A stretch of DNA of 64,000 nt from Syncephalis fuscata S228 (taxonomy: Eukaryota; Fungi; Zoopagomycota): positions 12,523-76,522 of the forward strand of contig JAHLTZ010000060.1 in NCBI GenBank assembly GCA_025786725.1. Direction: 5' to 3'. The notes below the pieces were generated by a model. It was not told where the DNA came from, ran no database searches, and saw only the letters and a list, made by a program, of their open reading frames with translations. The position numbers were made by a program, and so were the translations under genes. This document shows positions 39,979 through 54,118 of this stretch, piece by piece. How positions within the stretch are numbered: the stretch's first letter is position 1; every line of letters starts with the position of its first letter.

Positions 39979-42663
39979 TTACTCGGTTGCTTTACCGGCA
40001 TCTTCCTTTAGGCCTACAGTGCGGTTAATAACAACACCGTCGAGTTCAGGTAGTCCTTGTTCGTCGACACGCAGTTTTGTATGTTTATCAAGACAGAAGA
40101 ATCCAATACGTACAAATTGGAAGCGACAAGTTTCAAAGCAAAGCGACTGGTCCTTCTTATCTGCATTAAGCTTTTGCTGTTCGCTATACCAATCGTGTAC
40201 TAAGTTGCGGAAGCCAGTTTCAAGTAATGCGCCCTCAACATTCTCCAAACTATTTGTATTAATATCGGACATCCAACCTTCTGGTACAAGTGTTTTGTCC
40301 ATCGGATTGCTATGCTTAAATAGATTGCCATACATATGAATTGTATGTGCTTTAACAGGTGAGCGATGCGCATCTGATTTGGCCACCCATTGAATGAATG
40401 CCTTTGGCTTCTTTGTCGTCTCAGGTTCAAGAATGCATTCATTTCAATAATGGCACCGGTCGTTGGATCTTTACGTATACCAGTGCATGTAATGATGGCA
40501 TTGGCATGCAATAGACCGACGCTCTTACCAGGTGCCAGACGGTAATAGCCAGGTGTGTCTTGCTCCTTAAAGTCATCGGCATCAATCCATAAATGCTTGG
40601 TGAAGGGACTATATGTTCGCCAGCTTCTGGTTTGCGTGGAATATTCGGTACGGTAACTTCTCTGCAGTAGTCATCAGCCAGGTTAGTGATTACAATACGC
40701 AGCGGCTTTAACACGGCCATAATGCGACGGGCCCGTTCGTTCAACAATGAACGGATGTGAAAGTCGAGCTTACTAACTTCAATGGTTGTATTGGCTGTAG
40801 TAACACCAACTTCACGTACAAATGCATTGACTGCCTCGGGTGGTACACCGCGACGACGAATAGCAGGTAGCGTGTAGAGACGTGGATCATCCCATCCATC
40901 CACAATACCCGTCTCAACTAGCTTGCGCAATTTACGCTTTGACAACACGGTATTTGTAACGTCAAGACGGCCAGACTCCCACTGGACTGGTTTATACACT
41001 TCAAGTGCATCGCACAGCCAGTAGTAGGATTCACGCGACTGACGGAACTCAAGTGTGCACAACGAGTGTGTAATGTTCTCGAATGAGTCAACAAGACAGT
41101 GCGTATAGTCATAGGTTGGATATATGCGCCATGTACTGCCGGTACGATGATGTGGCGTGTCAAGAATACGATAGGCAATAAGGTCCCAAAACTGTGGATT
41201 ACCATCCTCAAGATTCATCTTCATACGAAGTATAGCCTCACCACTGGCGTAGTAGCCGTCGTGCATCTTTGTAAACTCGGTTAGCGACTCTTCAATTGGT
41301 CGGTTACGATGGATACATTCAGTTCGTGGTCCTTTAGCATCACCGCCACGGTGTTCGTGGATCTGCTCGGCTGTGCAGTGGCATATATAGGCTTTGCCAC
41401 GCTTAATAAGATCGATGGCTAGATTGTAGAGCCGGTCAAAGTAATCCGACGAATAGGTGATTTTATACGGCGCAAAACCAAGCCATTCGACTGCTTCACG
41501 AATCTTAATAAAATATTCTTCTTCCTCAGCTTCAGGATTTGTATCATCGTAACGTAAATAGCAAATGCCGTCGTAAGCTTTGGCATAACCAAAATTGATA
41601 TTGATCGCTTTAGCGTGACCAATATGCAAATAACCATTAGGCTCAGGTGGGAATCGAGTAACAACTCGACTGCCAGTGGCCTTCAAGTGCTCTTCCATAA
41701 TGGAAGGATGTAGCTGCTTGTTACCGCCTGGCTTGTGTAGACGTGAAAGTTCGCCCTCATAAAAGAGTGCATTAGAAGTGGCGGCCGTTAATGTATCGAC
41801 TGGTCCTGGCTCTGAAGAAGCATCGACAACCTTAGTAATAGTTGTAGGTGCTACTGCGGCAGTCTTTGGCTTCTTTTCCTAATAAATGATTAATAAATGG
41901 TTAATAAATGATTAGTAAATATGCTGATTATAGTTTATAATGGTGTAAAAATACGTACTTTTTTCTTTGGTGCATCCCGTTCATCCTTTGGCCCAAGTAA
42001 TACCTCAAATTGTGCTTCAAGCTCTGTTTTAACTAAAGCAGCACTGGCCCAACGTAGTGCTTCAAACTTCTTTACTTTGCTTAGTGTTGGACCAAGACTA
42101 CGATAGCGGTCCTCTTGGATGCTGGTCGTATTCTCGGCAATATACGCAGCAATGATTGACTTGACTTCATCTTCACTTACAACAACACCTATTAAGATAC
42201 ACATATAAACATACGACTCTATTAGCCAAATAGCATTATTGTCGCTACAAATACTTACCAACACCTGCGGCAAGTTCATAATCGGCACGAACAATTTCTT
42301 TATGATCGTCAGCGTATTTAATGGCAGCTAGATAAATAATAATTAATCAACCAATTAATACAGCAATAAAAACTATTACTTTTACTTACCTGCTACTTGG
42401 TCGGTAGTTAGCAATTGCTTTGCAGCAATTTCTTTTGCCAAAAAGTCGAGATGTGCTGTTGCATCGCCTGAAGCTGTCGAAGCTAGCGTGTAAAGCAATG
42501 TACCAACAGCACGATCACACTCGATGGTTGAGTCGGCGGTGAAGCCGGCCACATGGATAACGTGCTCAAGCTGCGGGGCAAGCTTCTTGTTTTTGGCCGT
42601 TTCTTTGGCCTTCTGCTCCGTCAGACCAATCTTTTGGAACAGAGCAATAGTGTCGTCCGTCAT
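39979..42663 (-). CDS. GLN4: Glutaminyl-tRNA synthetase
   Basis: Eukaryotic N-terminal extension, TRFPPEPNGYLHIGHAKA (HIGH), VLSKRK and C-terminal FQFVRIGFFC. Two apparent 1-nt frameshifts at ~40605 and ~40430. Confidence 0.96.
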
Positions 42664-44107
42664 AAGAGAAATCGCACCGTTGACAGATCACAGATAAATA
42701 GGCGAACAGTGGCAAATTAGCCAACAGTAAAAGATAACAATGAGCAGTATAGAGGAATAAAAAGAAAAAGCAAGAATTTAAAGTGCTCAAATGTGCTGTT
42801 GTTAAAATACTCATCTATACAGATCTCTATTTATCCATCACATTGTGTCAATGACTCAATTCCGACTCTTTCCTATCAGCTAATAGTAATAGTGGAGGCT
42901 AGGCAATATTCTGCCACACATGGATGTTTATTTATGAAACAAGTAGTTGTGACAAGTATTATAGCATCATCATAACATTATATTTTATAATTTTATCATT
43001 CATTAGTTGTGTTGAGTCATACTTTTAATATCATCTCCTAGACATCATTGTGTTTGCACCATAGAATATAGTGCTTAGATAACCTATATTACATTATAAT
43101 TGTAAATAAGATAAACTAATAAAATTCTGAGCATATTGTTCATATTAGATCGCATCTCTGGCAATGGCTATATTAAAACATAATTAACATATTTTATACA
43201 ATACAGGTACTTTAAATAGATAATAACAATTTTGCGTAAATGGCTTTTGATTTTACAATTACATTTACAGCCAATAATATAGAAATTATTTAAATTAATT
43301 GATTATGTATCATTTACTATTAACAGTATAAATTATAAATTGTTATTGTATTACCAAGCTATTAATTAATAATTAATAATTTAGTTAGCCTTATTACTAA
43401 TTCTGCTTATGTACATTATTGTAAATGTTAATACACTTATTAATTCATATATTATATTGACAAAACATATGAGCTACAGTTATATTATAGCTATGCATTA
43501 TATCTATAGCATAATGAAACAGAGACTAGTTTATAAATGGACCGTTCGGCTAAGCGATAAATAGTCATAGTATTTATTTTGTTTTAGTCATCTATTTATT
43601 AATATGCATATTAATGCAACTGTTTTTATATTCCACGTGTATTCAATATACCAACTATAATCTTATACTCATTACTTAGCATAGTATTGAACATGGAATA
43701 TTACCACTTAATAAACCAAAGTAATATTAACAAGCAGTGTTGCTATTCTTAGTACTACGACTGTACCACTTGGTATATACCACTTGTACGACAACTACCA
43801 AAGTTACCAGAAACTACTTATAGATAGATAAATACATTATAAATACTATAGAAACTGGTCGTGTATAAACAATAAAAAACGCGAGGGTGAACAACTGCCG
43901 AAAAAAAAGACTGACCATCACACCGACACGACTTTTATTGCGCCACCACGATAACAACCACGACGATAAGTAAGCCGTCTTTTCTTCTTTTTCTTCTTTA
44001 CCTGCTCGAGCAAACGACCAACCTGGCCTACTTGGTTATTGTGCTTTTGTTATTGCTGCTGCTGCTGTTATTGTTTCTACCACTACCACCACGACGACTA
44101 CCTCATC

Positions 44108-45469
44108 ATGTCGGACAATTATCAAAAGCTTGAAAAGATTGGTGAAGGCACTTATGGTGTCGTGTACAAAGCGAGAGAACTTGCAACGGGCCGAGTGGTA
44201 GCTTTAAAGAAGATTCGGCTTGATTCCGAGGACGAAGGTGTGCCGTCGACTGCCATGCGTGAAATCTCGGTGCTTAAAGAATTAAAACACTCCAATATCG
44301 TGCAGTAAGTCATTCTGGATACGCGTTTTCGGCGCGACAATTACGCGCTTCCCTATTAACTTTCCATTAACTACTTACAACACCTTACCTGTTTATTTAA
44401 TCGCTAATTGTTCCTTACGTCTACGAACCACCAATGATATCAATACTATGGATAGGCTGCTCGATATCGTGCATAGTGATTCTAAATTGTATTTAGTGTT
44501 TGAATTTTTAGATTTGGATTTTAAGAAATATATGGATTCGAGTGCACCCAATGGACTAACTACTGAACACATTCAGGTAGAAATAACTATATAGAGTAGA
44601 CTCTACTTCAATGACCTATTGACCAACCATGCTCCTTTATTAGAGCTATCTCTATCAATTGGTTGATGGTATTCACTTTTGCCATGCACGCCGTATTATG
44701 CATCGCGATTTAAAGCCGCAAAACTTGCTTATCGATCGTAATGGCTTGCTTAAACTTGCTGACTTTGGTTTAGCCCGTGCCTTTGGCGTTCCACTGCGCG
44801 CCTACACTCACGAGGTATGGCACGAGCAATGCCGTGCTTTCAACTACATATTAATATACCAGCCTGTAGGTTGTAACACTTTGGTATCGTGCTCCAGAGA
44901 TTCTACTTGGATCAAGACATTATGCTCCACCAATGGATATGTGGAGTGTAGGCTGCATTTTTGCCGAAATGGTACAACGCCATCCACTGTTTCCTGGTAA
45001 TTATTTTTATTGACTAATTAAACAATAATTTCGATATTTACTAATAAGATTTAATGATCAACTATAATGGTTATACTAATGATTATAGGTGATTCTGAAA
45101 TTGATGAATTGTTCCGTATTTTCAGGTAAATGATTATTGATTTTATTAACTTTACTAATTACCAATTAACACGACGAACAGAGTATTGGGCACACCAACT
45201 GAAGATGTATGGCCTGGTGTCAGCAGTCTTCCTGACTTCAAGTCTATCTTTCCTAAATGGACGGCACAGCCATTATCTGACTCGGTGCCTACACTGAATG
45301 CTGATGGTTTGGACCTGTTAGAAGTAAGTAGAGTAGTTGCGACTTTTTGTCTATATCTAATGACTATGATCAGAGTATGCTCACCTACAATCCGGCCAAG
45401 CGTATCTCGGCCAAGCGAGCATTGCAACATCCATTCTTCAGCGATATGACCAAGTCTGTGACACATTAA
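44108..45469 (+). CDS. CDC28: Cyclin-dependent kinase 1/2 (cdc2/Cdc28 family)
   Basis: Motifs [54 protein letters not shown] and [12 protein letters not shown]. Confidence 0.93.
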
Positions 45470-45667
45470 GATTTAGAAGTCAAGGAATACCCACTGCACT
45501 GCTTTCTATATTCATATCCATAACCATTTATCAGTCTAGCAGCTAACGTAATGAATCGTCTTTATTATTGTTATAAATGCTAGTTCAAGTAGTATAACTT
45601 TGATTGCTATCAATTCCTCAATAAACTGCATGTTTATTAACAACGAGTGTTATTGTGTTAAATGAGA

Positions 45668-46531
45668 TTATTTAGCCTTTTTCGCCTTTTGGTCTCGTTC
45701 CGCATAGATCTTGGCCGTAAAAGGTCTAATTACAGATTAGTAACATTAACAGATATCATGAATGATTTATACACTTACTCTTCAAATCGCAATACGACAT
45801 TATAGCCAATAAACACTTGAATGGTCAAAAGAACACCGGTCAACGAGCCATACCAAAGAGCAGTACCTAAGAATACCAATGTAGAGCCATGATACATTGG
45901 ATTGTCGGTAACATTGAATGGGAATCCCGTAACACGTTCATTCATTAGAATGCCGAAATAATCACCTATGCTATATTATTAATAACTGTATATATATATA
46001 TATATACAGCAAATTGCACTAGTTTTACTGTCTACATACCAAGATAGGTACCAGTAACACCTAATGAGTACATGGATGACAAGACAAGTACATTACCGGC
46101 CAGTACAAGTACAGCGGCCAATACTTTAAATTCGCCATAGGCTAGCGGTGGATAGATGGGCTGATGTTCAAGGGCATTTTTGTATCTAATAAGTATATGT
46201 TGTTAATAGATACACAAACAAATAAACAATAAATGAAAAGTATTACGCGACTTACATGAAATCACGAATAATACCGAGTGAAAAGATAGAAACAGCAAGC
46301 AAATAGCAACCATAGAGTCGATTGCCACCAACTAGCTTTGTAATGGTCTTATGGCGATATTCTAATAACAGTCATATATTGCAAATAAGTCATTATAAAT
46401 ACTATTAACATGCGATACATACCCGAACGGGCAGCTATTGTCCAAAAAATTGGATTGAACGCAATAGCAGCCGACGCCCAATAAAGAGACGTCTGGCTTA
46501 GGTCCACCCACTGATGTATAGTAGAAGCCAT
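45668..46531 (-). CDS. OPI3: Phosphatidyl-N-methylethanolamine N-methyltransferase (PEMT)
   Basis: Motifs [49 protein letters not shown] and FEEPFTAKIY. Confidence 0.93.
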
Positions 46532-46889
46532 GAGTCAGCAACAATAGCAATATACGAAAGGAACCTGAATAAAGGAAAAAAGAGACGAAGAAAGCGGAGG
46601 AAGCGTCGTTGTTACTGTTACGATCGTTGTTGTCGCAGTCGTCGTCAGCGTTGGTATGCCACTTATTAAGTATTATTTCATTGGTACAGACACCAATGTT
46701 TCTACACGTTGGATGACGTGCTACACTGTTTATTTGTCACCCACATCTATCACATGTCAATTAATACTTATTAGATTCTGTGAGTATTCATTTTTTACCC
46801 CAACAGCGGTTACGCACTCTACGCAATTACCTTTTCGTCGTCACTTTCATAAACTACACGTCTCGGCGACACGTGTAAACAGCAGTGGT

Positions 46890-48454
46890 ATGACCGCCGA
46901 AGACAAAGCCGATAGATACCGGGTGCTTGACGAGCCAATTCGCTTGACGGCGCTGGCTGATCGGGTTCGAACAGCAGTGGAGGAATTTGATCAGCTGATT
47001 GGTGTCAACACACCCGATGAACAGAGCCAGCTACGTAAATGGATAAAGCGATGCAAGTAAGTAAAGGTGGCGCGTGTATAATAGCTATAGAAGTGACATC
47101 TGTGCCATTGTTATAGAGTAAAAACAGCTGCCAATACTACAAAACAGCAATTCACCAATGCCGGCCTATTAGTATTAATGCGGCAACACTATGAAACGGT
47201 ACAAGGCTCGGATATATCTTATATGCCATCTGGTTCATCTTATTTAGACACAGCAACGGGTGAGCAGCTACCAATAGGCTAATAGACGCTGGTTACTAAT
47301 ACAATTTGTAGCACCAGTATCCAATTCACTTACTAGCCATTTCAATACTATTTTGGGCGAGATGTATCAATCACCACTTGATGTGTACAAGTAGGCTACA
47401 GTATTATATTTAATAGAAAAAATCAGATTCTAATTATCGCTTGAATAGACGGCATTGTCGTGTTCCAGTGCCAGTGCATCGACGTCCTGATATTAATTAT
47501 TTGAGTGAACGACCGGTAACTACATGATGGTATTTAATAACGAATGTCTAATGCAGTGTGATAGCAATTGAAGCAAATACCGATTTCTAAAATGGCCAAT
47601 TCGAATGCATTTGTCACTATTATTACGGTTACGTTATTTAATCCAGAAAAGCAACATGCACGTAGTGAAGAAGTGGAAATACTTTCGTCACAAACTGTCG
47701 CTGATTTACTTTCACATATTGGATGCCATACACCAGCCAGAACAGCCGAGTCAGAGCAGATACTGACAGGTGTGTGTTGTATCGGTGATAATGTTTATGT
47801 CGATGTTACCGATAAGCCATCGGTAGAATATGGCCAGTAGGTAGAATATGGCAATATTCATATATCAACTAATTGGTTATATTAGACGTCTTTCCCGTTC
47901 GCTCAAAGAAGATCCCTATACATTTATAGTGCCTACAACAGCTGTGTTAGCTACTAAATTTGAGGATATTGATATTGTGCTGGGTCAACAGAATCTACTT
48001 AGTCATGGCGGACATTGTAGACATGCATTTATGTTTAAGAATGTTAGGTAACGTGTATTGAGTTGTTAAATGATTACAGCATATATATGCTAATTCTAAT
48101 GGACATTGGTAGATGTGTACAATTAGCACAGGCTAAAGATAAAAGTTTATTTCCTCGAACAATCTTTCGTGGTAGAATTAATCGTGTCAAATGCCATATG
48201 TGCACCATTTATCCGGCCGAGTAAGTAACCGATCAAATAACGTGTAATAGGCATACTTACATGATCGATTATACAGACGAGTTATTCTTGATGATGTTCA
48301 TTGTGGTGATACTCCAGTTATGCTGTGCATCTGTTGCTATTCTATGTTTCTTGAAGATGCTGATGGCAAATTACTGCGTGAAGTCAAAGAGGTTCCATAC
48401 AACACAAAGCAAATGGAGTTTGACGAGGCATGCGATGAAGCTGGTGGTATGTAG
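46890..48454 (+). CDS. SNAPC3: snRNA-activating protein complex subunit 3 (SNAP50) homolog
   Basis: EVEILSSQTVADL...IGC, then the C-terminal Zn-finger pattern HGGHCRH.F.F..VR...FPR...KCHMCTIYPA...DTPVMLCICCY. Confidence 0.78.
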
Positions 48455-48939
48455 ATGTAGGGCTGTAGTCATTTGTACCATAAACATTTATATTATAAAG
48501 ATACTTGCAGATACATTATTACATTAATACAAGTATGCTATGTGTCATTTAACATTAATATGCAATTTAATTTAATTTATTAATTATTAATTACGATTAG
48601 TTGTGTTGAAGCTATGGTACATATATTACAATGAGTAAATGAATAAAGGTTGTTGAATTTTATAATAAATATAATATGTTTATCGTATGGCAGAATGATA
48701 CATAATAAAATAAACATGTACTGTGAAGGTAATAGATGAATAAAATATATATGCGTACTGGATAATAAAATTATGATATTAGATAGCATGATCATTAAAT
48801 TGGATATGATAAATACGGACAAATAAAAAGTAGTCCACTATATTAATAGGTAATGAATACATAACAGTCAACGATAGACCAATTTATTGTGTTGCTATTG
48901 CATATACATTAATATACTTAAGCTATCAAATATAATAGA

Positions 48940-50046
48940 TTAAGCGGCAAGTTGCCATTGTAAATCTTTGAGTAGAACAATCGATTCAAATGTTAGTCGT
49001 GTCATTGCTAGAGCATCTTGAACTGGGTTGGGACTTTTCTCGCTTGTAGCATGCTCTTGTGACAGTACTACATCGACTCGCTTTTCATTTCTAAGCTTTA
49101 CTAAATGTAAAAGTAAGCCACGTCCTGCAGCCAATGCTACTGTTTCCGGTACATTTGGATAAATAGATTCAACGAGTTGCGTAACTGTCCAGCGAGGCTT
49201 TTGATCCTGCGTTGCTGTGTTTGGCGCCCAACCTTGCATCAGTTTTAAAATTTCTTCATCCCGTGCCATGCGGTGGTCGATATACGTATCAAGTAGTGTT
49301 TGCACGTTATCTTCGCCATCAACAATTGGACCATGGCCTGGATAAAGTCGTTTAGCGTGTAGGCCTTTAAGTCGTTCAAGCGATTCAAGATATACTGGTA
49401 AATCTTCAAATATGGTTGTTTTTTCACCTAGTACACAATCGCCAGTAAATATAGCCTCCTCTTCTTCTAGATAGAAAGCTAAATGATCGCGAGTATGGCC
49501 AGGTGTATGTAAGGCAATCAAGGTACAGTCATCTACGTGAAAGACATCGCCATTTGCTACTGGCTTTAAAGTATGGTCCTTTGTTCCTTGGACAGCTGGT
49601 ATGTCGGGTCGACTAGATTTGGCAGGTTTGCCGTCGTATTCTTCATCTGCAAATTTATAGGCTGTTGAATTCAAGTTTTAAATTGCTTGCAAACATCGGC
49701 CAATCCGCCTACATGATCACGATGCCAATGAGTTAGCAGCACTTGATCTATTACTGGCTCGGATGCGTTTGCACTGCCATTATTGTCGTTGTTTTGCTTC
49801 AGAGCTTGCACCAGCTGCGGCACGTATCCTTTAATACCTTCACCAGTATCAATCAATATACGTTTCGGGCCACTGCCGACAAATATGTGTTTGTGCCTGA
49901 TGTCCACAATGATTAGAACTTATCTAGGCTTTGGTTCTACTATAGTACAGACCTTGTAGCGTAAATGGTCCAGGATTAAGACCAAGAACGCGAATAACAC
50001 GTCGTGAATGCACTTCAATATTGGCCAATGGTGTTAGTCCTGACAT
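48940..50046 (-). CDS. LACTB2: Metallo-beta-lactamase-fold endoribonuclease, LACTB2-like
   Basis: Motifs RVLGLNPGPFTLQGTNTY, LIDTGEG, LTHWHRDHVGG, HTPGHTRDH, FTGDCVLG and YPGHG. Apparent 1-nt frameshifts at ~49880 and ~49672. Confidence 0.9.
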
Positions 50047-50323
50047 TGCGTTATTATATGACAACAATCGATGGATAGATAGATAGTAGAGGTAGTAGTA
50101 GTGCCAGTAGCTAAACAGTTGTGTCAACTATAGGCAAGTAAAAAAGGTCTGTGAGTCGGCTATCTTACTTGCCGCCAATTCAATAAAGCTCTTGTATACT
50201 CTTTACTTCTTTTCGTCGCCTTTGTCATACCAACCAACTTCCACACACGGTATATATATACATATATACTCGATTGCTCACACGCGTGTACGCAACGATA
50301 TTCTACTTTAGGACAGCTCAACC

Positions 50324-50991
50324 ATGGAATTGCCAACTGAAGCTCGGCACGGTCGCTCACTTCAAGTCTGGAATGAGGAGGGTGCCAGAGAAGTAAGCGC
50401 TGCTAGCATTTTTGCAAACTAATACTGCACAATGCTTACGTTGTCTTCTGCGTCTCTTGCATTGCAATCAGGTGTCGGTTTGCATACCAGTGAATAAAGA
50501 GACTGGCAAAGTGCTGCTTGTTTCTAGTCGGTCATCGCCAGACCAGTGGATTCTAGTAAGTGTGACGCCTCTTTACTGCAATGACGTCAGGAATAACCGC
50601 TGCAACACTAGCCCAAGGGAGGCTGGGAATCGGACGAGACTAAAGAACGATCTGCAGAACGGGAAGCCTGGGAGGAGGTAAGCTATAATGTCTATCGTCT
50701 AAGTAGTTGTTGAAAGCTATACTAACGTGCCAATGATCAACTATAGCCGGTGTGGTAGGCAGGATTGTTAAAGAAATTGGCACTTGGAGCACATTTCGTA
50801 AAAAGAAGCCATTGAAGGCAAAATCATGCTTTACAGTATTCGAGTTACAGGTAGACGAGTGCCATGATGTCTGGCCCGAACAGTCATTCCGTAAACGACA
50901 ATGGTTCGACGTAGACGACGTAAAAGATGCAGTCAAGCATGCCTGGATGGTAGAAGCGGTCCAGCAATGCTCAGCTGGTAAAGCATCTTAA
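50324..50991 (+). CDS. DDP1: Diphosphoinositol-polyphosphate Nudix hydrolase (Ddp1/Aps1/DIPP), 3 introns
   Basis: ARHGRSLQ...VLLVSSR...WILPKGGWESDE...AEREAWEEAG Nudix box and WPEQSFRKRQWF. Confidence 0.88.
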
Positions 50992-51564
50992 TGTGTATAC
51001 ATTTTTGTTCGCTATGTTTGGCTGTAGTGTATCCAAACAGTTCAATAAACATTACTTATTATTTCATCGTATTAATTGACTCACCATAGTTTATATGCAG
51101 TCATACTATCTCATTTCCATCATAATCAATTTGAGTCACACTTTAATATTTAATAAAGCAGATTATTAAGCTTATAGACATGTGTGCCAATATTTTACTT
51201 TTAATTGATTTTAGCTTGTCAGATTTACACATTTGAAACTTCTATAGTAAAATACTGATTCAAGCTATTGTTGAATGCTAAATTATTAAAATACTAGTAA
51301 TTATATAATCTTTATTGATTTAGTGTTTATTGTCTGACTAAGCTACATTGTCTGATTTTCCTTCTTTCTTTAATTGCTTGGTTAATGTTAAAATATAACA
51401 TTCTGATACTGTACAATATTATATATTTTTATAAACAATTTGAATTTTAAATACTGCATCTAATAGCATTCGCGTAATTAAACTACTCATTTGTTTTAAT
51501 TAATATGGGACCGGGCGTTAAGTTATATTAAATAAATAAATCATCACATTTATTGTTTGTATTG

Positions 51565-52072
51565 GTGGTCAAATGACCAGATTTAATAAAATCCAATCTA
51601 TTGAATATGAAAATGGGTGGTGAATGACATCAATCATCAAATACTCATCGTTGTAGATTCATTATCCAGTATGCAAATATCCACCATTTACTTATATCAT
51701 TCTACGATATAATAGACACACTCTATTGTTTATATGTTCCAATACACTCCACTCAGTTCACTCATTGCATTATATGCTCTATAGCTTTGGCATCGTTTTA
51801 TATGCTTTCTTGCTGTACATTTATCATTTATATATCATTCTATACTTGCCTAGTCTTCTTCTATCCAAAACTATTTTTGCGTTTGTTTTAGCTTATTATT
51901 AACAAATGTCGACTAATTCCGCTCATTGATCATGCAGATATACTCAATAATTTGACATAGCTAATTGTATTTCACACCGTATATTTTTTATATTGTATAT
52001 TATTTTATTGTCTAGTAAATATGCGCTAACTATGGCAGTTGTTCTTTTGGTTTAGCTTTATTATTAATAAAT
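51565..52072 (-). repeat. Dispersed ~500-bp non-coding repeat, copy 2 (inverted relative to copy 1)
   Basis: Reverse complement of ~26105-26650, lacking a short internal insertion. Confidence 0.9.
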
Positions 52073-53139
52073 TGTTTGCTGATTGTAAAAAAATTACTTT
52101 AATTAATAAATGATATGATATATTTAAAATGCCAATAAAAACTATAAATGAATGTCACTGTACATAGAAATACTATAAATAAATTGAAGTACTAACGAGG
52201 GAGGTGTTCATATAGTAGAGTGAGATATTAAAAATAATTAGCAAAGAGGTAATATATAGTCACTACAACCATTGTATTAGCAATTGTAAATATACAACAG
52301 TAGTAATGACTTTACTGCTAATATTATGTTGAACAATTGTAGTGCCAGTACATAAATGCAGCCTATTACTGTGGGACTGAACAAACATATATTAGCACGG
52401 CACGTAATGTTGCTTCATAGAAATCAAGCCAATTAGTATTTTTGCAATATACATAGAGTGTAGAAAAGTATTAATGAATAAATGTTATTAGGTTTAAAGG
52501 AAAAGAAAGAAAGTACGATGACATAAATTGTAGCTTGTGCGATTAACAGAGTTTATTTATGAAAAGTGGAACACAATATTAGTAAAAAGTAACAATTAGA
52601 ATATGAGTACTAAAAGTTAATCAATCCAAAATGGTGGTATAACATATAACATATTAATAGTAAAGTAACAAATGCAGTAAAGATAAGTGTCATTTAAGAT
52701 CAAAAACCAGTATTATAGAACAAATAATTAACAAAGTGATTAGTATAATAGGAATGATAAATAACAAAGAATAGCAATCAATTGCATAAATAAAAATATA
52801 ATTATAGAATATGCCATTGATAAAACAGTGAGTACAATAAAAAGAATAAATGCCAAACAATAAAAATAAGCATAGTTATAGAACATGTCGACAGTAAAAT
52901 AGTGAGTATAATACAAAAAATAGATAACAAGCAATAAAGACAACTTATTTGTAAACAATGTCAGTAGTAAATCAATGGTTGTAATAATAATAGTAAATGA
53001 AAAACAATAAAATATGTTAATTTATAGAATATGTCATCGGCAAAGCAATGACAGCAGTGATAAAAGGGTATCTTGAATGGATTACTATCTAAAAATTATC
53101 ATTACATAGTGCTTCTAAGTCAACATACGAAAGTGTGGC

Positions 53140-53529
53140 ACCAACAAATTCAAAAGGCAAAGCGATGGCCTACTAATGTGTATAAATGAATAAAATGCAT
53201 TCGCTCTAACAAGTCTGAATTCATTATAATTGTGCGCACACATTATTTGCTCTTTCAAAAAACAAGCTACAATTTATTTTACATGCAAATCTACTCAAAA
53301 TTCCCCCATAATCCACTGTATCAAGAGACAATCCGTTCACGTTCATCGCCTGGCCAGGCTGCTTCTAAAGGCAGAAGCCGTGCTTACCCTTTACGTGATG
53401 ACTGGGAGCAAGTGAAAGAGGATATTATGGAGCAGGCTGTGTTGACCAAATATACACAAGGACCTTGACGCTCAGTTACTGGCCACAGGAGACGCGTTAT
53501 TGGACGAACACACACACAATCATTGATAG
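53140..53529 (+). pseudogene. NADAR/YbiA-family pseudogene fragment
   Basis: Fragments RWPT...IRSRSSPGQAASKGRSRAYPLRDDWEQVKEDIMEQAVLTKYTQ, then after a frameshift QLLATGDALLDEHT followed by stops. The C-terminal WG motif is missing. Confidence 0.75.
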
Positions 53530-54118
53530 TTTGTATTTTTTCTTCAATAAAAACGTTTGTTTCAACATTAAACACCGTTTCAACCTTACTAGTGCTAATT
53601 TTAAAAGTATATTTTTGTATTGTATTTTTTAAGTTGCATTTGCTACAAGCATATCGTTCAAAGTTTTTTAAAAAGTAAAACACAATTGGTATTGCTGTTA
53701 ATATTGCTACAATAAACTAAATTACTCCAAAGATTTAAATTAAAATTACTGCATTTATTGTGATTAACTTTTTTCCCATCAGGGATTTTTAGTTTTGTAA
53801 CTTCTATTATTCAACAATATTATAAATACATAATACTATCCAAATAATAATATTATTTATTTTATTAATTGTTACTAAATATTATTAAGTGAAATATTAT
53901 GGATTAAATCACTTTTTGGTAGGTAATAATATTGGTATAATTTGTATAACTGTAGTTATTTATTTAATGATAATTGGATAATAATAATAAATAAAAGCAA
54001 TTGCAAATAGCAAATCACTAATATAATATCATTTAATACAATAGATTATACTACTCATTTACATAAACTGATAATTATATTTATTTGCTAAATGAGTAAC
54101 GAGCGCTATTCTTGACAT

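Noticed and set aside
40420-40615. Frameshifts in GLN4 (also CDK11 ~10888, LACTB2, VPS41 ~39520, the kinase) as programmed frameshifting or pseudogenes
   Set aside because: Single-base losses, mostly in short homopolymers, scattered over essential genes are typical of long-read consensus errors. They need checking in raw reads.
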